A stretch of 64,000 bases of DNA. Origin: a phage. The stretch lies in sequence record PZ445521.1. One strand, given 5' to 3'. Below are positions 40,823 to 50,530 of the stretch, one piece after another; the stretch's first letter is position 1, and the number at the start of each line of letters is the position of its first letter. The position numbers and the translations under genes were made by a program. The notes beneath the pieces were generated by a model. The model had not been told where the DNA came from. It worked only from the letters and a program-made list of their open reading frames with translations, and made no database searches.

Positions 40823-41217
40823 CGTGATTCCTTAACAAATTTCATAATTTCGTTAAATTCATGCATATCTAATTTAAGCTGGTGTTCCTTTTTAATCTTT
40901 TTACACTGAGCTTTCCATTCACGTACACGTTTACGATAATGTCTTCCTTGATACCAGTATCCTACCCAATTTACCGGTACTAATAAAAGTGGAACTACCA
41001 ATGGAAGAATTAGCATTAACACAAGTATTTCGCCAGAATCAATATCAGTCATAACATCTAAAACACCTCCAATAATCAATAGAATTACAAATGATATAAG
41101 TATAACAGGACCTATTAATACATCGGTAGAAATTATCTGGTGCTTTGATTCATACTTCAAAGGTTTACTTGGAAGGTATAGTGATGGTTTTGACATATTC
41201 TCTACATTCCTTAACAA
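40804..41217 (-). CDS. membrane protein
   Basis: 137 aa; two hydrophobic helices then basic tail. Confidence 0.45.
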   Translation of the reverse strand: MLRNVENMSKPSLYLPSKPLKYESKHQIISTDVLIGPVILISFVILLIIGGVLDVMTDIDSGEILVLMLILPLVVPLLLVPVNWVGYWYQGRHYRKRVREWKAQCKKIKKEHQLKLDMHEFNEIMKFVKESRCKSQN

Positions 41218-41773
41218 ATTTTTCTAATAATAAATCGCTTTCAAAATTGGGATTTTCCACGAATTTATCAAAAAGATCATCAACAATAGTTAAGATATTC
41301 TTTTTACTAAGAATACGTTTATTTTCATGCTTCGTTTCAGAATCAACTATAAGAGTAAAGAAATATTTCTTGCCCTGAAATTTTACCGTAGTATCAATAT
41401 AGAATAAATTTGACTTTTGTAAATTACGTTTAAACCATGCGTCACTTAAACTATAAACACCGAGATAATCATAATCGTCATTTAAATAACATACTGTCCA
41501 TTCAGGGGAAACGAAATCAGTAAATTCAACGTCAAAATCGCATGTTAATAAATGAATTGATTCAATACTGTTAATAAGTATTCCAGGACGTATTAAAGAC
41601 TTTTTACCTCTGGAAAATCTTCCAGAAAGACTTTCATCAGTTTCATATGAAGAACCCCAATAATAATTACGTCCTTCTGCCATACGTTTAAGAGCATTTA
41701 GTAATTGGTCTGGAACATCAACTTGTCTTTGGAATTCTTCAAACATTGAATTGAAATCACTTTGCATTTTCAT
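41165..41773 (-). CDS. hypothetical protein
   Basis: 202 aa ORF followed by UUCG hairpin. Confidence 0.5.
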   Translation of the reverse strand: MKMQSDFNSMFEEFQRQVDVPDQLLNALKRMAEGRNYYWGSSYETDESLSGRFSRGKKSLIRPGILINSIESIHLLTCDFDVEFTDFVSPEWTVCYLNDDYDYLGVYSLSDAWFKRNLQKSNLFYIDTTVKFQGKKYFFTLIVDSETKHENKRILSKKNILTIVDDLFDKFVENPNFESDLLLEKFVKECREYVKTITIPSK

Positions 41774-41794
41774 TCCTATTTACTCCAAGTAATA

Positions 41795-41809
41795 GGGGCC
41801 GAAGCCCCT
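41795..41809 (-). terminator. UUCG-tetraloop hairpin
   Basis: GGGGCCGAAGCCCC. Confidence 0.55.
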
Positions 41810-41814
41810 TATCA

Positions 41815-42408
41815 TTATTTCAGAGAATTAATATATTCCTGAACATCGGCAGAGGTGGTTTCAACCCCAGAAATATTACCATTAAAGGTTTCAACTCGAG
41901 CAAGAGTATCTTCAATATCAACCTTAGTCAGTGCTGCAATTTCAACTACATCATCGGCAGTACTAATTCCAAGTGCATTCGCTGCTCGAGTTTCACGGAT
42001 ATATTCCAATTTAACTGCAAGTTCTTGGCGAGCATCATCCAATTCAACTACTTTCTTGGCGATTTCAATTCGCATTTCAGCATACCCATCAGCTTTAGTA
42101 GTTAACTGTTCAGCTGTTCGACGATATAGCAAGCCGAGTTTAGCATGCATTGTTACATCTTGACCTTCAGAAAGAAGCTTGCGAATTTCACGCTCTTTTG
42201 ATTCGGCCTGCTTATTCTTTTCAACGATAAGTTCACGAATACGCTTTTCTTCATTAATAGATTTAATAGAAGCAGTTTTTAGATCTTTAATTTTATCAAG
42301 TAGTTTTGCTGCTGCAGCAGTATACTGTTCTTCAACAGATAGATTTTTAGCCATAGCAGAACCAAGTTTAGTGCGAATAAACTCAACAATTTTCTTCAGT
42401 GTGTTCAT
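41815..42408 (-). CDS. coiled-coil protein, PspA/IM30-like
   Basis: 197 aa, almost entirely helical; local resemblance to recalled E. coli PspA (DTLAR block). Confidence 0.45.
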   Translation of the reverse strand: MNTLKKIVEFIRTKLGSAMAKNLSVEEQYTAAAAKLLDKIKDLKTASIKSINEEKRIRELIVEKNKQAESKEREIRKLLSEGQDVTMHAKLGLLYRRTAEQLTTKADGYAEMRIEIAKKVVELDDARQELAVKLEYIRETRAANALGISTADDVVEIAALTKVDIEDTLARVETFNGNISGVETTSADVQEYINSLK

Positions 42409-42696
42409 AGTATTTCCTTAGGTTGATTAAGATTTAAAATCCGTGAGAGTATTATACTCCGGATAGTTTGTAAACTATTTCAACATCGCCTTTTGCTGCT
42501 TTATAACCTTCAGCCCAAGATATAACCGAGTTTTTATCTGAAGATTCAAATTCTGGCATTGGGCTTTCGCCAATGTTCACGCAGTATGTTTCTTCATTTT
42601 CGTCGAACCAAATAATTAAAGTAGTCATTTATTTCTCCGTTTCTGTATTTGTTTTGATAAGTCTATAATAACACCGTCCTTGGTGTTTGTACACAA

Positions 42697-42960
42697 TTAT
42701 TTCATATTATTGAAATATTCTTCTGCGATTTCGTCGTTATCATGGTAAACTTTAGAAGACAGTTTAACATAACCTTCAGCAGTGAACATATTAATCACAA
42801 CCTTTACAGTATACCACTGACCATCTTCATTACCCATTACTGCGTAAGTTTCAAACATCGGATGGTCAGGACCGATAACTTTAATATCATTCACTGTACG
42901 ACCAAAATCTTCTGAAACACATTTCATAAAGAAGTTGAACAGTTCGCCGTAATTATCCAT
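42697..42960 (-). CDS. hypothetical protein
   Basis: track ORF trimmed to MDNYGELF... with GGAGAA RBS just downstream of early promoter. Confidence 0.4.
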   Translation of the reverse strand: MDNYGELFNFFMKCVSEDFGRTVNDIKVIGPDHPMFETYAVMGNEDGQWYTVKVVINMFTAEGYVKLSSKVYHDNDEIAEEYFNNMK

Positions 42961-42997
42961 TTCATTCTCCAAGTTGTTTTTCTGTATCAGTAGTTGA

Positions 42998-43040
42998 TAG
43001 TTGTATAGTACCATGGAAGAATAGGGATGTAAACAGTTTT
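42998..43040 (-). promoter_or_regulatory. T4-type early promoter
   Basis: GTTTACA, 17 bp, TACTATAC. Confidence 0.7.
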
Positions 43041-43168
43041 GTGAAAAATTTTTTAAAAAGTTTTGGGGGAATTCTAGGGCAGGGAGGGGCAATTAAAGGA
43101 TAGGATAATATATTATAAAGGATAGAAACTAAATGATGCCTAGAGAGGCCCGGAAAGGCCTAGATACC

Positions 43169-43198
43169 AAAAAGCCCCAACCTTTTGGTCGGGGCTAA
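43169..43198 (-). repeat. hairpin-containing direct repeat (copy 1) flanking IP-like cassette
   Basis: AAAAAGCCCCAACCTTTTGGTCGGGGCTAAG; near-identical to copy at 43725-43754. Confidence 0.7.
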
Positions 43199-43203
43199 GA
43201 ATG

Positions 43204-43677
43204 TTATTTGATTTGTTTAGCAGACCAAATGCGGTCTTTAATAATTTTTTGGATGTCTTCAACATACTCAAGAGAGTGAGCATGTGGGTTATCTTTGAAA
43301 CTATAAGCACGAGCTAGCTTTTGGCCTTCAGTTTTGATTACTAAAAGCTCTTTAAGGATAGCTTCATATTTGGAGATAATTCCTTTAACAATATTTTTCT
43401 CTTGTGTAGCTTTAGGATCTGCTTTAGGAGCAGGTTTACCTGAAGCCTTTGCAAAAGCAGCTCCAGTAGCAACTAAACTTTTCCAGGCCATACTAACTGC
43501 ATTTCCCGTAAATCCTTCCGCTTTCATGTCGCGTGCGAACTGGAATCGCGATTCATCAGAAGCATCTTTATAAGAATATTTACCCGCTGCAATGGCTGCT
43601 TTTGCGACAGCTTGAATTTCGGTGCTAGATGCTTCATTTAACACCGCTTCATTTAAAAATTGAGCATATGATTTCAT
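43204..43677 (-). CDS. internal-protein-like capsid-targeted protein
   Basis: 157 aa; N-terminus MKSYAQFLNEA resembles IP capsid-targeting sequence; late promoter upstream; flanked by repeated hairpins. Confidence 0.55.
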   Translation of the reverse strand: MKSYAQFLNEAVLNEASSTEIQAVAKAAIAAGKYSYKDASDESRFQFARDMKAEGFTGNAVSMAWKSLVATGAAFAKASGKPAPKADPKATQEKNIVKGIISKYEAILKELLVIKTEGQKLARAYSFKDNPHAHSLEYVEDIQKIIKDRIWSAKQIK

Positions 43678-43713
43678 CTTATTTCCTGTTTTAATTCGTG
43701 GTTTTAATATACT

Positions 43714-43721
43714 TATTTATA
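43714..43721 (-). promoter_or_regulatory. late promoter (TATAAATA) upstream of IP-like gene 43204..43677
   Basis: plus-strand TATTTATA about 35 nt upstream of the start codon. Confidence 0.5.
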
Positions 43722-43724
43722 CTA

Positions 43725-43754
43725 AAAAGCCCCAACCTTTCGGTCGGGGCTAAG
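43725..43754 (-). repeat. hairpin-containing direct repeat (copy 2) flanking IP-like cassette
   Basis: AAAAAGCCCCAACCTTTCGGTCGGGGCTAAG; one mismatch to copy 1. Confidence 0.7.
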
Positions 43755-43789
43755 CCTTGCGGCAACCTTGTCGGGGTTCCACCTGCTAA

Positions 43790-43960
43790 GGCAAGTGTTT
43801 GTACGAAACGCCGGGATTCGAACCCGGTTATTAAGCAGTTGACGCTACTCAATATTTTTAAAAGGCCATATCTCGACCATATCCGAACGTTCCGTCAAAA
43901 ACGCTACTCGGCTTACGGCAAAGATATTTCCTCGAATCGATAATTCGGTGCGCCGTTTCT
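43790..43960 (-). ncRNA. candidate stable tRNA-like RNA(s), analogous in position to T4 RNA species 1/2
   Basis: T-arm-like CCGGGTTCGAATCCCGG on minus strand and repeated GAGTAGCG blocks in a non-coding stretch; no complete cloverleaf foldable by eye. Confidence 0.25.
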
Positions 43961-44062
43961 GCTGTGATATAAGGGGACATTAACAAAACATAAAGATTTA
44001 TTAATGCCAGTCCTTAAACAGGGAACATCAGTCCGACGACTTACCGGTAGCGACCCGGTTTC

Positions 44063-44410
44063 TTATTCTGACATATAATAAAGTTGCTCACGTCGTCTAC
44101 GCCATAAATTAATTGCTTCATGAGCACATTCAGCGTTCAGGATAGGACGACAATAATATAACGACTCACGTTTTTGGAACCGATGCTGCAATGGGATTTC
44201 ATTTAAAAGGTCTTTACGATCAAAGTATTCGTAACCATCTAAACCTACTGAACGATTTTTAATAAACTTCCAATGGCCGAATTCATTCTGAATATAAATG
44301 TAATCAGCGTGTTGGTATAATGCCATAATCTCACGGTCAGAAATAGCTGTTTCATGTTCGTTAAAATAAAACGTTAAATCATGTACTACTAAGTAAACAT
44401 TACCTTTCAT
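44063..44410 (-). CDS. hypothetical protein
   Basis: 115 aa ORF between tRNA-Arg and the candidate stable-RNA region. Confidence 0.45.
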   Translation of the reverse strand: MKGNVYLVVHDLTFYFNEHETAISDREIMALYQHADYIYIQNEFGHWKFIKNRSVGLDGYEYFDRKDLLNEIPLQHRFQKRESLYYCRPILNAECAHEAINLWRRRREQLYYMSE

Positions 44411-44428
44411 ATTTTCCTCACTTATAAT

Positions 44429-44504
44429 TGGTCGAGGCAGTAGGGATCGAACCTACGACCTAGGACTTAGAAGGTCCTTGCTCTTCCTTCTGAGCTATGC
44501 CCCG
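44429..44504 (-). tRNA. tRNA-Arg (anticodon UCU)
   Basis: hand-folded cloverleaf; T-arm GGTTCGATCC; anticodon loop CUUCUAA; CCA encoded. Confidence 0.85.
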
Positions 44505-44508
44505 TAAT

Positions 44509-44584
44509 TGGGGTGACCGATGGGAGTCGAACCCATGACTACGAGAATCACAATCTCGAGTTCTACCAACTGAACTACGGCCAC
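44509..44584 (-). tRNA. tRNA-His (anticodon GUG)
   Basis: hand-folded; anticodon loop UUGUGAU; discriminator C; CCA encoded. Confidence 0.8.
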
Positions 44585-44698
44585 ATTAATACCTACTCCA
44601 ACAATCAAGATGTCTTCACACGAAATTAAGAGAAGAGTGATCAGTTCAACCCCTATAATCGCGTCAAGTAGATATTAATGTGACAGTTGTCACAAATT

Positions 44699-44773
44699 TG
44701 GCGGACGTGATAGGATTCGAACCTATAACCAATCGCTTAACAGGCGATCGCTCTACCATTGAGCTACACATCC
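44699..44773 (-). tRNA. tRNA-Asn (anticodon GUU)
   Basis: hand-folded; anticodon loop CUGUUAA; CCA encoded. Confidence 0.8.
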
Positions 44774-44777
44774 AAAT

Positions 44778-44864
44778 TGGTGGGGAGTGGTGGAGTCGAA
44801 CCACCCGAGTCGCAATGACAATGAATTTACAGTCCACACCGCTACCTCTACGGGATAACTCCCC
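44778..44864 (-). tRNA. tRNA-Tyr (anticodon GUA), long variable arm
   Basis: hand-folded; acceptor GGGGAGU/ACUCCCC; anticodon loop CUGUAAA; D-arm pairing not resolved by eye. Confidence 0.7.
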
Positions 44865-44876
44865 TAATTCATAATT

Positions 44877-44951
44877 TGGTGGCCCTGGGTGGAATTGAAC
44901 CACCATCTGGCGATTATGAGTCGCTTGCTTGAACCTTCCAGCTACAGGGCC
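44877..44951 (-). tRNA. tRNA-Ile (anticodon CAU, lysidine-type)
   Basis: hand-folded; anticodon loop CUCAUAA; position as T4 tRNA-Ile. Confidence 0.75.
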
Positions 44952-44952
44952 T

Positions 44953-45028
44953 TGGTGCTGATTGACGGAATCGAACCGCCGACGTCCTCATTACAAGTGA
45001 GTTGCTCTACCTACTGAGCTAAATCAGC
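44953..45028 (-). tRNA. tRNA-Thr (anticodon UGU)
   Basis: hand-folded; anticodon loop CUUGUAA; CCA encoded. Confidence 0.85.
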
Positions 45029-45034
45029 AAAAAC

Positions 45035-45124
45035 TGGCGGAGGCGATAGGATTTGAACCTATGAGTCGCCGGAGCGACTGCCGGTTTTCAAGACCGGTGC
45101 ATTAAACCACTCTGCCACGCCTCC
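45035..45124 (-). tRNA. tRNA-Ser (anticodon UGA), long variable arm
   Basis: hand-folded; anticodon loop CUUGAAA; CCA encoded. Confidence 0.85.
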
Positions 45125-45126
45125 AG

Positions 45127-45200
45127 TCTCCATACAAGGATTTGAACCTTGGACCTCCTGATCCCAAATCAGGCGCTCTACCAAACTGAGCTACACGGAG
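45127..45200 (-). tRNA. tRNA-Pro (anticodon UGG)
   Basis: hand-folded; anticodon loop UUUGGGA; CCA not encoded. Confidence 0.8.
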
Positions 45201-45210
45201 TAAATTAAAT

Positions 45211-45284
<74 letters not shown>

Positions 45285-45289
45285 AAATT

Positions 45290-45376
45290 TGGTGCGAGAA
45301 GTGGGACTCGAACCCACAAGGAAATCATTCCGCAGCATTTTAAGTGCTGTGCCTTTACCAATTTGACCATTCTCGC
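45290..45376 (-). tRNA. tRNA-Leu (anticodon UAA), long variable arm
   Basis: hand-folded; anticodon loop CUUAAAA; CCA encoded. Confidence 0.85.
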
Positions 45377-45377
45377 G

Positions 45378-45450
45378 CTGGGAATAAAGGACTCGAACCT
45401 TTGCATCCTGGAATCAAAATCCAGTGCCTTACCAACTTGGCTAATTCCCA
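45378..45450 (-). tRNA. tRNA-Gln (anticodon UUG)
   Basis: hand-folded; anticodon loop UUUUGAU; 1-nt spacer to tRNA-Leu. Confidence 0.85.
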
Positions 45451-45547
45451 ATTATTAACAAAGGCTCTTTAGCAAGAACCCTTGATGATAGAGGGTATTA
45501 ATCAGTGCGGTATGAGTTAATAATAACAAATAATTCTTAAAGCATAT

Positions 45548-45841
45548 TTACCATTTATGATAATACATATTTACGATGCATTCAAGACCCAAAGGATTCT
45601 TGAAAATATCATATTCAAGAGGACCTTTTTCTGTTTCAATAAAGAAATCAAAATTTACTGTATTAAATTTACGGTCTTCCTTCACTAATTTAACTTGAGA
45701 AGATGAACGGTCAACATAAACCTTTTCAACTTCAAAACATGTTAAAATGCCATAATCATCAATCAAGGCTTTAGCTGCTTCTTGATCATATTTATATCCA
45801 TTTTCAATGGATGATACTTTAGCATAAAGAATCATTATCAA
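45548..45841 (-). CDS. hypothetical protein
   Basis: 97 aa ORF. Confidence 0.45.
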   Translation of the reverse strand: MIMILYAKVSSIENGYKYDQEAAKALIDDYGILTCFEVEKVYVDRSSSQVKLVKEDRKFNTVNFDFFIETEKGPLEYDIFKNPLGLECIVNMYYHKW

Positions 45842-46221
45842 CCTTCATCAACAATAGTATGAGTATGGGCATTTACAATTTGCCACCAATCAAAGCGATT
45901 AGAACCATACATCGGTTTGTTTTCATTTTCTTTGATAATATCACGAAGTTCATCTTCAGTAGCGGCTTTCGCGATTAAATCAGCATATCCACCACGAGGA
46001 TAATAATTATCACCTGCAAAAAGTAAAAAGTTTGGTTTAATGTTATTGAACTCTTCAAGAGTAATAACTGTTCCTGATGGTAGTTGAACAATCTCTACAT
46101 ATTTATATCCTAATTTTTGAGCAGCATCTACTGCTTCAAGCAAAGTATCATGAGCCCATCCAATTTGACAACCTGGCTTTTCAGATGGATTAGCCTGATA
46201 ATCCGCGTACACTTTATACAT
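45838..46221 (-). CDS. hypothetical protein
   Basis: track ORF trimmed to MYKVYADYQ... (127 aa). Confidence 0.45.
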   Translation of the reverse strand: MYKVYADYQANPSEKPGCQIGWAHDTLLEAVDAAQKLGYKYVEIVQLPSGTVITLEEFNNIKPNFLLFAGDNYYPRGGYADLIAKAATEDELRDIIKENENKPMYGSNRFDWWQIVNAHTHTIVDEG

Positions 46222-46222
46222 T

Positions 46223-46408
46223 CTATTCACCTTTAGAAATTTTATCCATAACGACAGCAATTAAACCAATTAAAAATGCTACTACAAGTGAAAACACATT
46301 TTCTGCTGTAGTTAATAATCCACATATAAATCCAACAAACATTGAAAAACTAAAAGCAGAAGCAGAAATTGCAATAGCAACATTTCGAATTAATTCACAG
46401 CGTTTCAT
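46223..46408 (-). CDS. small membrane protein
   Basis: 61 aa, hydrophobic; directly downstream of early promoter 46428-46470. Confidence 0.4.
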   Translation of the reverse strand: MKRCELIRNVAIAISASAFSFSMFVGFICGLLTTAENVFSLVVAFLIGLIAVVMDKISKGE

Positions 46409-46427
46409 TTTATTCTCCTCAGTAGTT

Positions 46428-46470
46428 GATAGGGTAATAGTATCACTACCCTATCTAAAAGTAAACTCAT
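46428..46470 (-). promoter_or_regulatory. T4-type early promoter inside inverted repeat
   Basis: GTTTACT, spacer, TACTATTAC; -10 flanked by GATAGGG/CCCTATC inverted repeat. Confidence 0.6.
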
Positions 46471-46700
46471 TTTTTACGAAAAATTGATTTATTTTCTGCT
46501 GCCCATTTTTCAATAACTGCAACCGGACCAGTAACAACAATTTTATCACCGTAATCTTCTGCGGCGAGTTGACCGAAATTATCTAATGCATCACGAAGAA
46601 CTCCATGAGGCATTTCACCCATTTTATCTTTCTTGCCAGTGTAAATAAACTCAACTTTTACATCAGAAGATTCAGCGATAAATTCTTGATACGTTTTCAT
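46467..46700 (-). CDS. internal-protein-like capsid-targeted protein
   Basis: track ORF trimmed to MKTYQEFIAESS... (77 aa) with GGAGAA RBS; own early promoter. Confidence 0.55.
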   Translation of the reverse strand: MKTYQEFIAESSDVKVEFIYTGKKDKMGEMPHGVLRDALDNFGQLAAEDYGDKIVVTGPVAVIEKWAAENKSIFRKK

Positions 46701-46727
46701 TTTATTCTCCAATTTCACATTTGTTTT

Positions 46728-46770
46728 GATAGGGTAATAGTATCACTACTAAAACCCCGTGTAAACAACT
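46728..46770 (-). promoter_or_regulatory. T4-type early promoter (IP-like gene)
   Basis: GTTTACA, 17 bp, TACTATTAC. Confidence 0.65.
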
Positions 46771-46785
46771 TTGTGAAATTGTTTA

Positions 46786-47073
46786 TTACAAAAGATTTTT
46801 AGCAATAATCTTGAGATGTGCTGCAGAAATGTGTTTAGCTTTAAACAACGCAGTTTCTTCGGCAGGAGAGATAACGATTGTAGCACCATCCTTTTTAGCA
46901 GACCACCCATCACCTAGGTAAACAGTACCTTTGATTTCTTCGCCATCAACCAGACTAATCATTGGTTTACCTTCTCGTCCTTTATTTGCTTTAATAACTT
47001 CAGAAGTAAGAGTAGCTTCGGTAATGGTAGAAACCGGGGTAGTTGTAGAAGTAAATTCTTTAAATGTTTTCAT
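46786..47073 (-). CDS. ipI: internal protein I (IPI)
   Basis: 95 aa; MKTFKEFTSTTTPVSTITEATLTSEVIKANKG... as recalled T4 IPI; own early promoter. Confidence 0.9.
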   Translation of the reverse strand: MKTFKEFTSTTTPVSTITEATLTSEVIKANKGREGKPMISLVDGEEIKGTVYLGDGWSAKKDGATIVISPAEETALFKAKHISAAHLKIIAKNLL

Positions 47074-47096
47074 TTTATTTTCCTAATTAATTTTGA

Positions 47097-47137
47097 TGAG
47101 ATAATAGTATCACTACCTCATCAGCATGTAAACAACT
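47097..47137 (-). promoter_or_regulatory. T4-type early promoter (ipI) inside inverted repeat
   Basis: GTTTACA, 17 bp, TACTATTAT; -10 flanked by GATGAG/CTCATC inverted repeat. Confidence 0.65.
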
Positions 47138-47145
47138 TTGTGAAA

Positions 47146-47842
<697 letters not shown>

Positions 47843-47843
<1 letters not shown>

Positions 47844-48556
47844 TATAGTACCTTTAGTGTATTTTTAATTTTAGAAAAAAGTTCTTCAAGAGAACCATCG
47901 TTTGTAATTACTAAATCGCCATCACGAATTGGCAATCCAGCTTCTGTAATATGAGTATCATTGGATTTTTGACCAGGACGAACTACATGAATTACTGTAG
48001 CACCCATCGCCCTAGCCGCATCCATTTCATGATCTTGACGAGTATCAGGAACGATATAATAATCATAACCTGAGTTAAATTTATCAAGATAATCTAAAGC
48101 AAATAATTTTACCCAATACATGCGGTCGAAGTTATTAACAATCAAATCCGTACCTAGGGCTTGCATCAGACGACGGACTGACCATTGATCTTCAATATTA
48201 TTTATAACGTCAGCAATCTTGTTAAATGCTACGAAATTAACTGCGTCATCAAAAACAAACACACCTTTAATTGGGCTTTTACTATTAAGATAGCAAAATG
48301 CTTGTTCCATAATCGTGATTACTTCTGATTTAGTCAGATTTAAATTAGTCTCACGATCATAGTCAATTCCTTCAAACTCTTTACGAGTTAAGCAAGGATA
48401 GTCAGTGTTTGCTGCAAATACACCCCATGCATAAGCCAATGCATCCTTAATAGGACCAGCAAGTTGATATTTAACTGCAGAATAATTATTCATAATAAAA
48501 TCTGCAGTAGTATCTTTTCCACTACGCTTTACACCACTTAAAAAGATTAGTTTCAT
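47843..48556 (-). CDS. 1: deoxynucleoside monophosphate kinase gp1
   Basis: 237 aa; P-loop GVKRSGKDT; synteny 57A-1-3-2-4. Confidence 0.88.
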
Positions 48557-48605
48557 ATGTTTCTCCTCAAATTTAGTTAAGATTATAACACATGAAACTG
48601 AAGCA

Positions 48606-49136
48606 TTAAACTTCTGCTATAATTTTTCCATCTTTTTCTACTTGAAAATATGTGTAAGGAATCGTTGCAGTACATACTAAAGCCGGGTCTGAATCTTCTG
48701 TGTAGCTAAATTCTACTTCAGACAGGTCAGAAACCCAGGGCTTATAAAAATTTATTGACATCACGATTTCAGTTTTACTATTATCTAAAATGTAAAGCGT
48801 AATGTATTCAGGACCTGTTTTTTGGGCAGTATTTTCGCCTGTAAGATAGTTACTAGTTCCTAGCATCCATTCATACATTCCTATCCATGACTTAAGCTCT
48901 TCATCAACTATAAATCTCACGATGAGTGGGTCGTACTCAAATGTAACACCTGGACGTTGTGCTCGGCCTAGTCCAAACGGCCCAGTCACGGTATCAGTAA
49001 CAGGTATCCTAATTCCCGGAATAGGAACTGACTGAGCATTTAAAGTAAAAGCAGATGTAGTATTACTATGCGGTATTGATACTACAAAGTTAGTTGTATT
49101 TGCTTGGTTAAAAATTTGTTGTAGTGCTTGCGACAT
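48606..49136 (-). CDS. 3: tail completion / sheath stabilizer gp3
   Basis: track ORF trimmed to MSQALQQIF... giving 176 aa as in T4 gp3. Confidence 0.8.
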   Translation of the reverse strand: MSQALQQIFNQANTTNFVVSIPHSNTTSAFTLNAQSVPIPGIRIPVTDTVTGPFGLGRAQRPGVTFEYDPLIVRFIVDEELKSWIGMYEWMLGTSNYLTGENTAQKTGPEYITLYILDNSKTEIVMSINFYKPWVSDLSEVEFSYTEDSDPALVCTATIPYTYFQVEKDGKIIAEV

Positions 49137-49242
49137 ATATTCCTCATAATGCTTCATAAATGTTGGTGGTATAATGGGTCTAAGTCCCTTCCATTCAATT
49201 CCAATTAGAACAAACAATAGAAAAGAATGGAAGATAATAGAA

Positions 49243-50067
49243 TTAGATATTTGACCAGACTTTGTTTGCAGAGAAACGTTTTCCTTTTGAAACGAACTGC
49301 TGAAGTGGCATTAACACAACGTTCGCCCAGTCTTTCGGGGCGATTTCAACGAGGCTACCCATAATATTACCAGGTATATATGCCTTAATCATTTGGTCTG
49401 CACCCCTAAATCCTTTCACTTGACTCCAATCAATTTTTAATTTCGTTTTATTAGTAATAGTAGGTGTATTTGAATATTGCTTTAAAAGCTCTTCTAGGAA
49501 TTGCTGACGAGCTTTAGGTGGAATATAGTGCAAGTTTAATCCGTACATTAAATTATGCTTACCTAAACCAAGGTAAATTATCAAAGGAAATTTATCCCAG
49601 TAAGGAAGAGTTTCCTTGTGTTTAGCATCATAAGCAAAAGCATATATTCTTCCCGGCTGCGGGCGAACAACTTTATGTCCTTTTACTTGCTTAATAGTTT
49701 CAGCAAACCACTTTCTGGTTTTATTATTAATTGCTGCACCTTCATTACGAATTTTATCACGCAATGTTTGTCTGAATGAATTTATCATAAGCAGTTGTCT
49801 TTCTTGCTTATTGAGTTTATTCATTGGTTTTGATTCAAGCTTTTGAATCTTTTCAGCCGTTTTAATTCCTGAAGCATATTTTGACATTGCTGAAGTAAAC
49901 GTAGAGTATTTGATTCCTCTTTCTTCAGCAAATTGCTTTCCTGTCATTCCTTTTGCTTTGGCCTTTTTATATTCAAGACCTATCTGAATCCATTTCTTTT
50001 CGTTTAATGATTGCTTAACCTTTGGAACTTGGGGAGTGCTTTCATTAATTATTTGAAAAATAGCCAT
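49243..50067 (-). CDS. 2: DNA end protector gp2
   Basis: 274 aa, as T4 gp2. Confidence 0.85.
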   Translation of the reverse strand: MAIFQIINESTPQVPKVKQSLNEKKWIQIGLEYKKAKAKGMTGKQFAEERGIKYSTFTSAMSKYASGIKTAEKIQKLESKPMNKLNKQERQLLMINSFRQTLRDKIRNEGAAINNKTRKWFAETIKQVKGHKVVRPQPGRIYAFAYDAKHKETLPYWDKFPLIIYLGLGKHNLMYGLNLHYIPPKARQQFLEELLKQYSNTPTITNKTKLKIDWSQVKGFRGADQMIKAYIPGNIMGSLVEIAPKDWANVVLMPLQQFVSKGKRFSANKVWSNI

Positions 50068-50519
50068 TATGCCCCCTTAAAGCCAAGAGCTCGTAATCCA
50101 TCTTCTGTTAGAATTCTAAATTTTATTCCACGCTTTTCAGCTAAAGCTTGCGCTGCTTTCCATTTGTCGGTATTAACGGAATATGTATAAATTTCATTCA
50201 TAAATCTTTTCTTCGCTGCAGTTGTTAGATGTGCTGGTTTAACTGGTGGTTGTGTTTCTTTTTTAGGTTTTATTTCAATAAAAAATTCTTGTCCAGAAGA
50301 ATCTTTCATCCAAATATCCATGAAGTATCTACGTTTTTTCCCTTCGGCATTACAAAAATAAGGAATTACTGCTGTTTCACTACCCCATGCAATAATTTCT
50401 GGATTTTTATCTAACCATTCAAAAAAGAATTTTTCCCAATTTGATCTATACGTAATTTTTTTAGGGTCACCTCTATACTTTGATATATTTTTAGGAACCC
50501 ATTTTCCAGAATATGCCAT
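50067..50519 (-). CDS. 4: head completion protein gp4
   Basis: 150 aa; ATGA overlap with gp2 start. Confidence 0.85.
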   Translation of the reverse strand: MAYSGKWVPKNISKYRGDPKKITYRSNWEKFFFEWLDKNPEIIAWGSETAVIPYFCNAEGKKRRYFMDIWMKDSSGQEFFIEIKPKKETQPPVKPAHLTTAAKKRFMNEIYTYSVNTDKWKAAQALAEKRGIKFRILTEDGLRALGFKGA

Positions 50520-50530
50520 TGGATTCTCCT

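Noticed and set aside
44664-44906. ORF-track entries overlapping the tRNA cluster (44664..44906, 44680..44874, 45191..45451, 45210..45458)
   Set aside because: They read straight through well-formed tRNA genes on either strand; tRNA sequence is GC-balanced and stop-poor, so these are artefacts.
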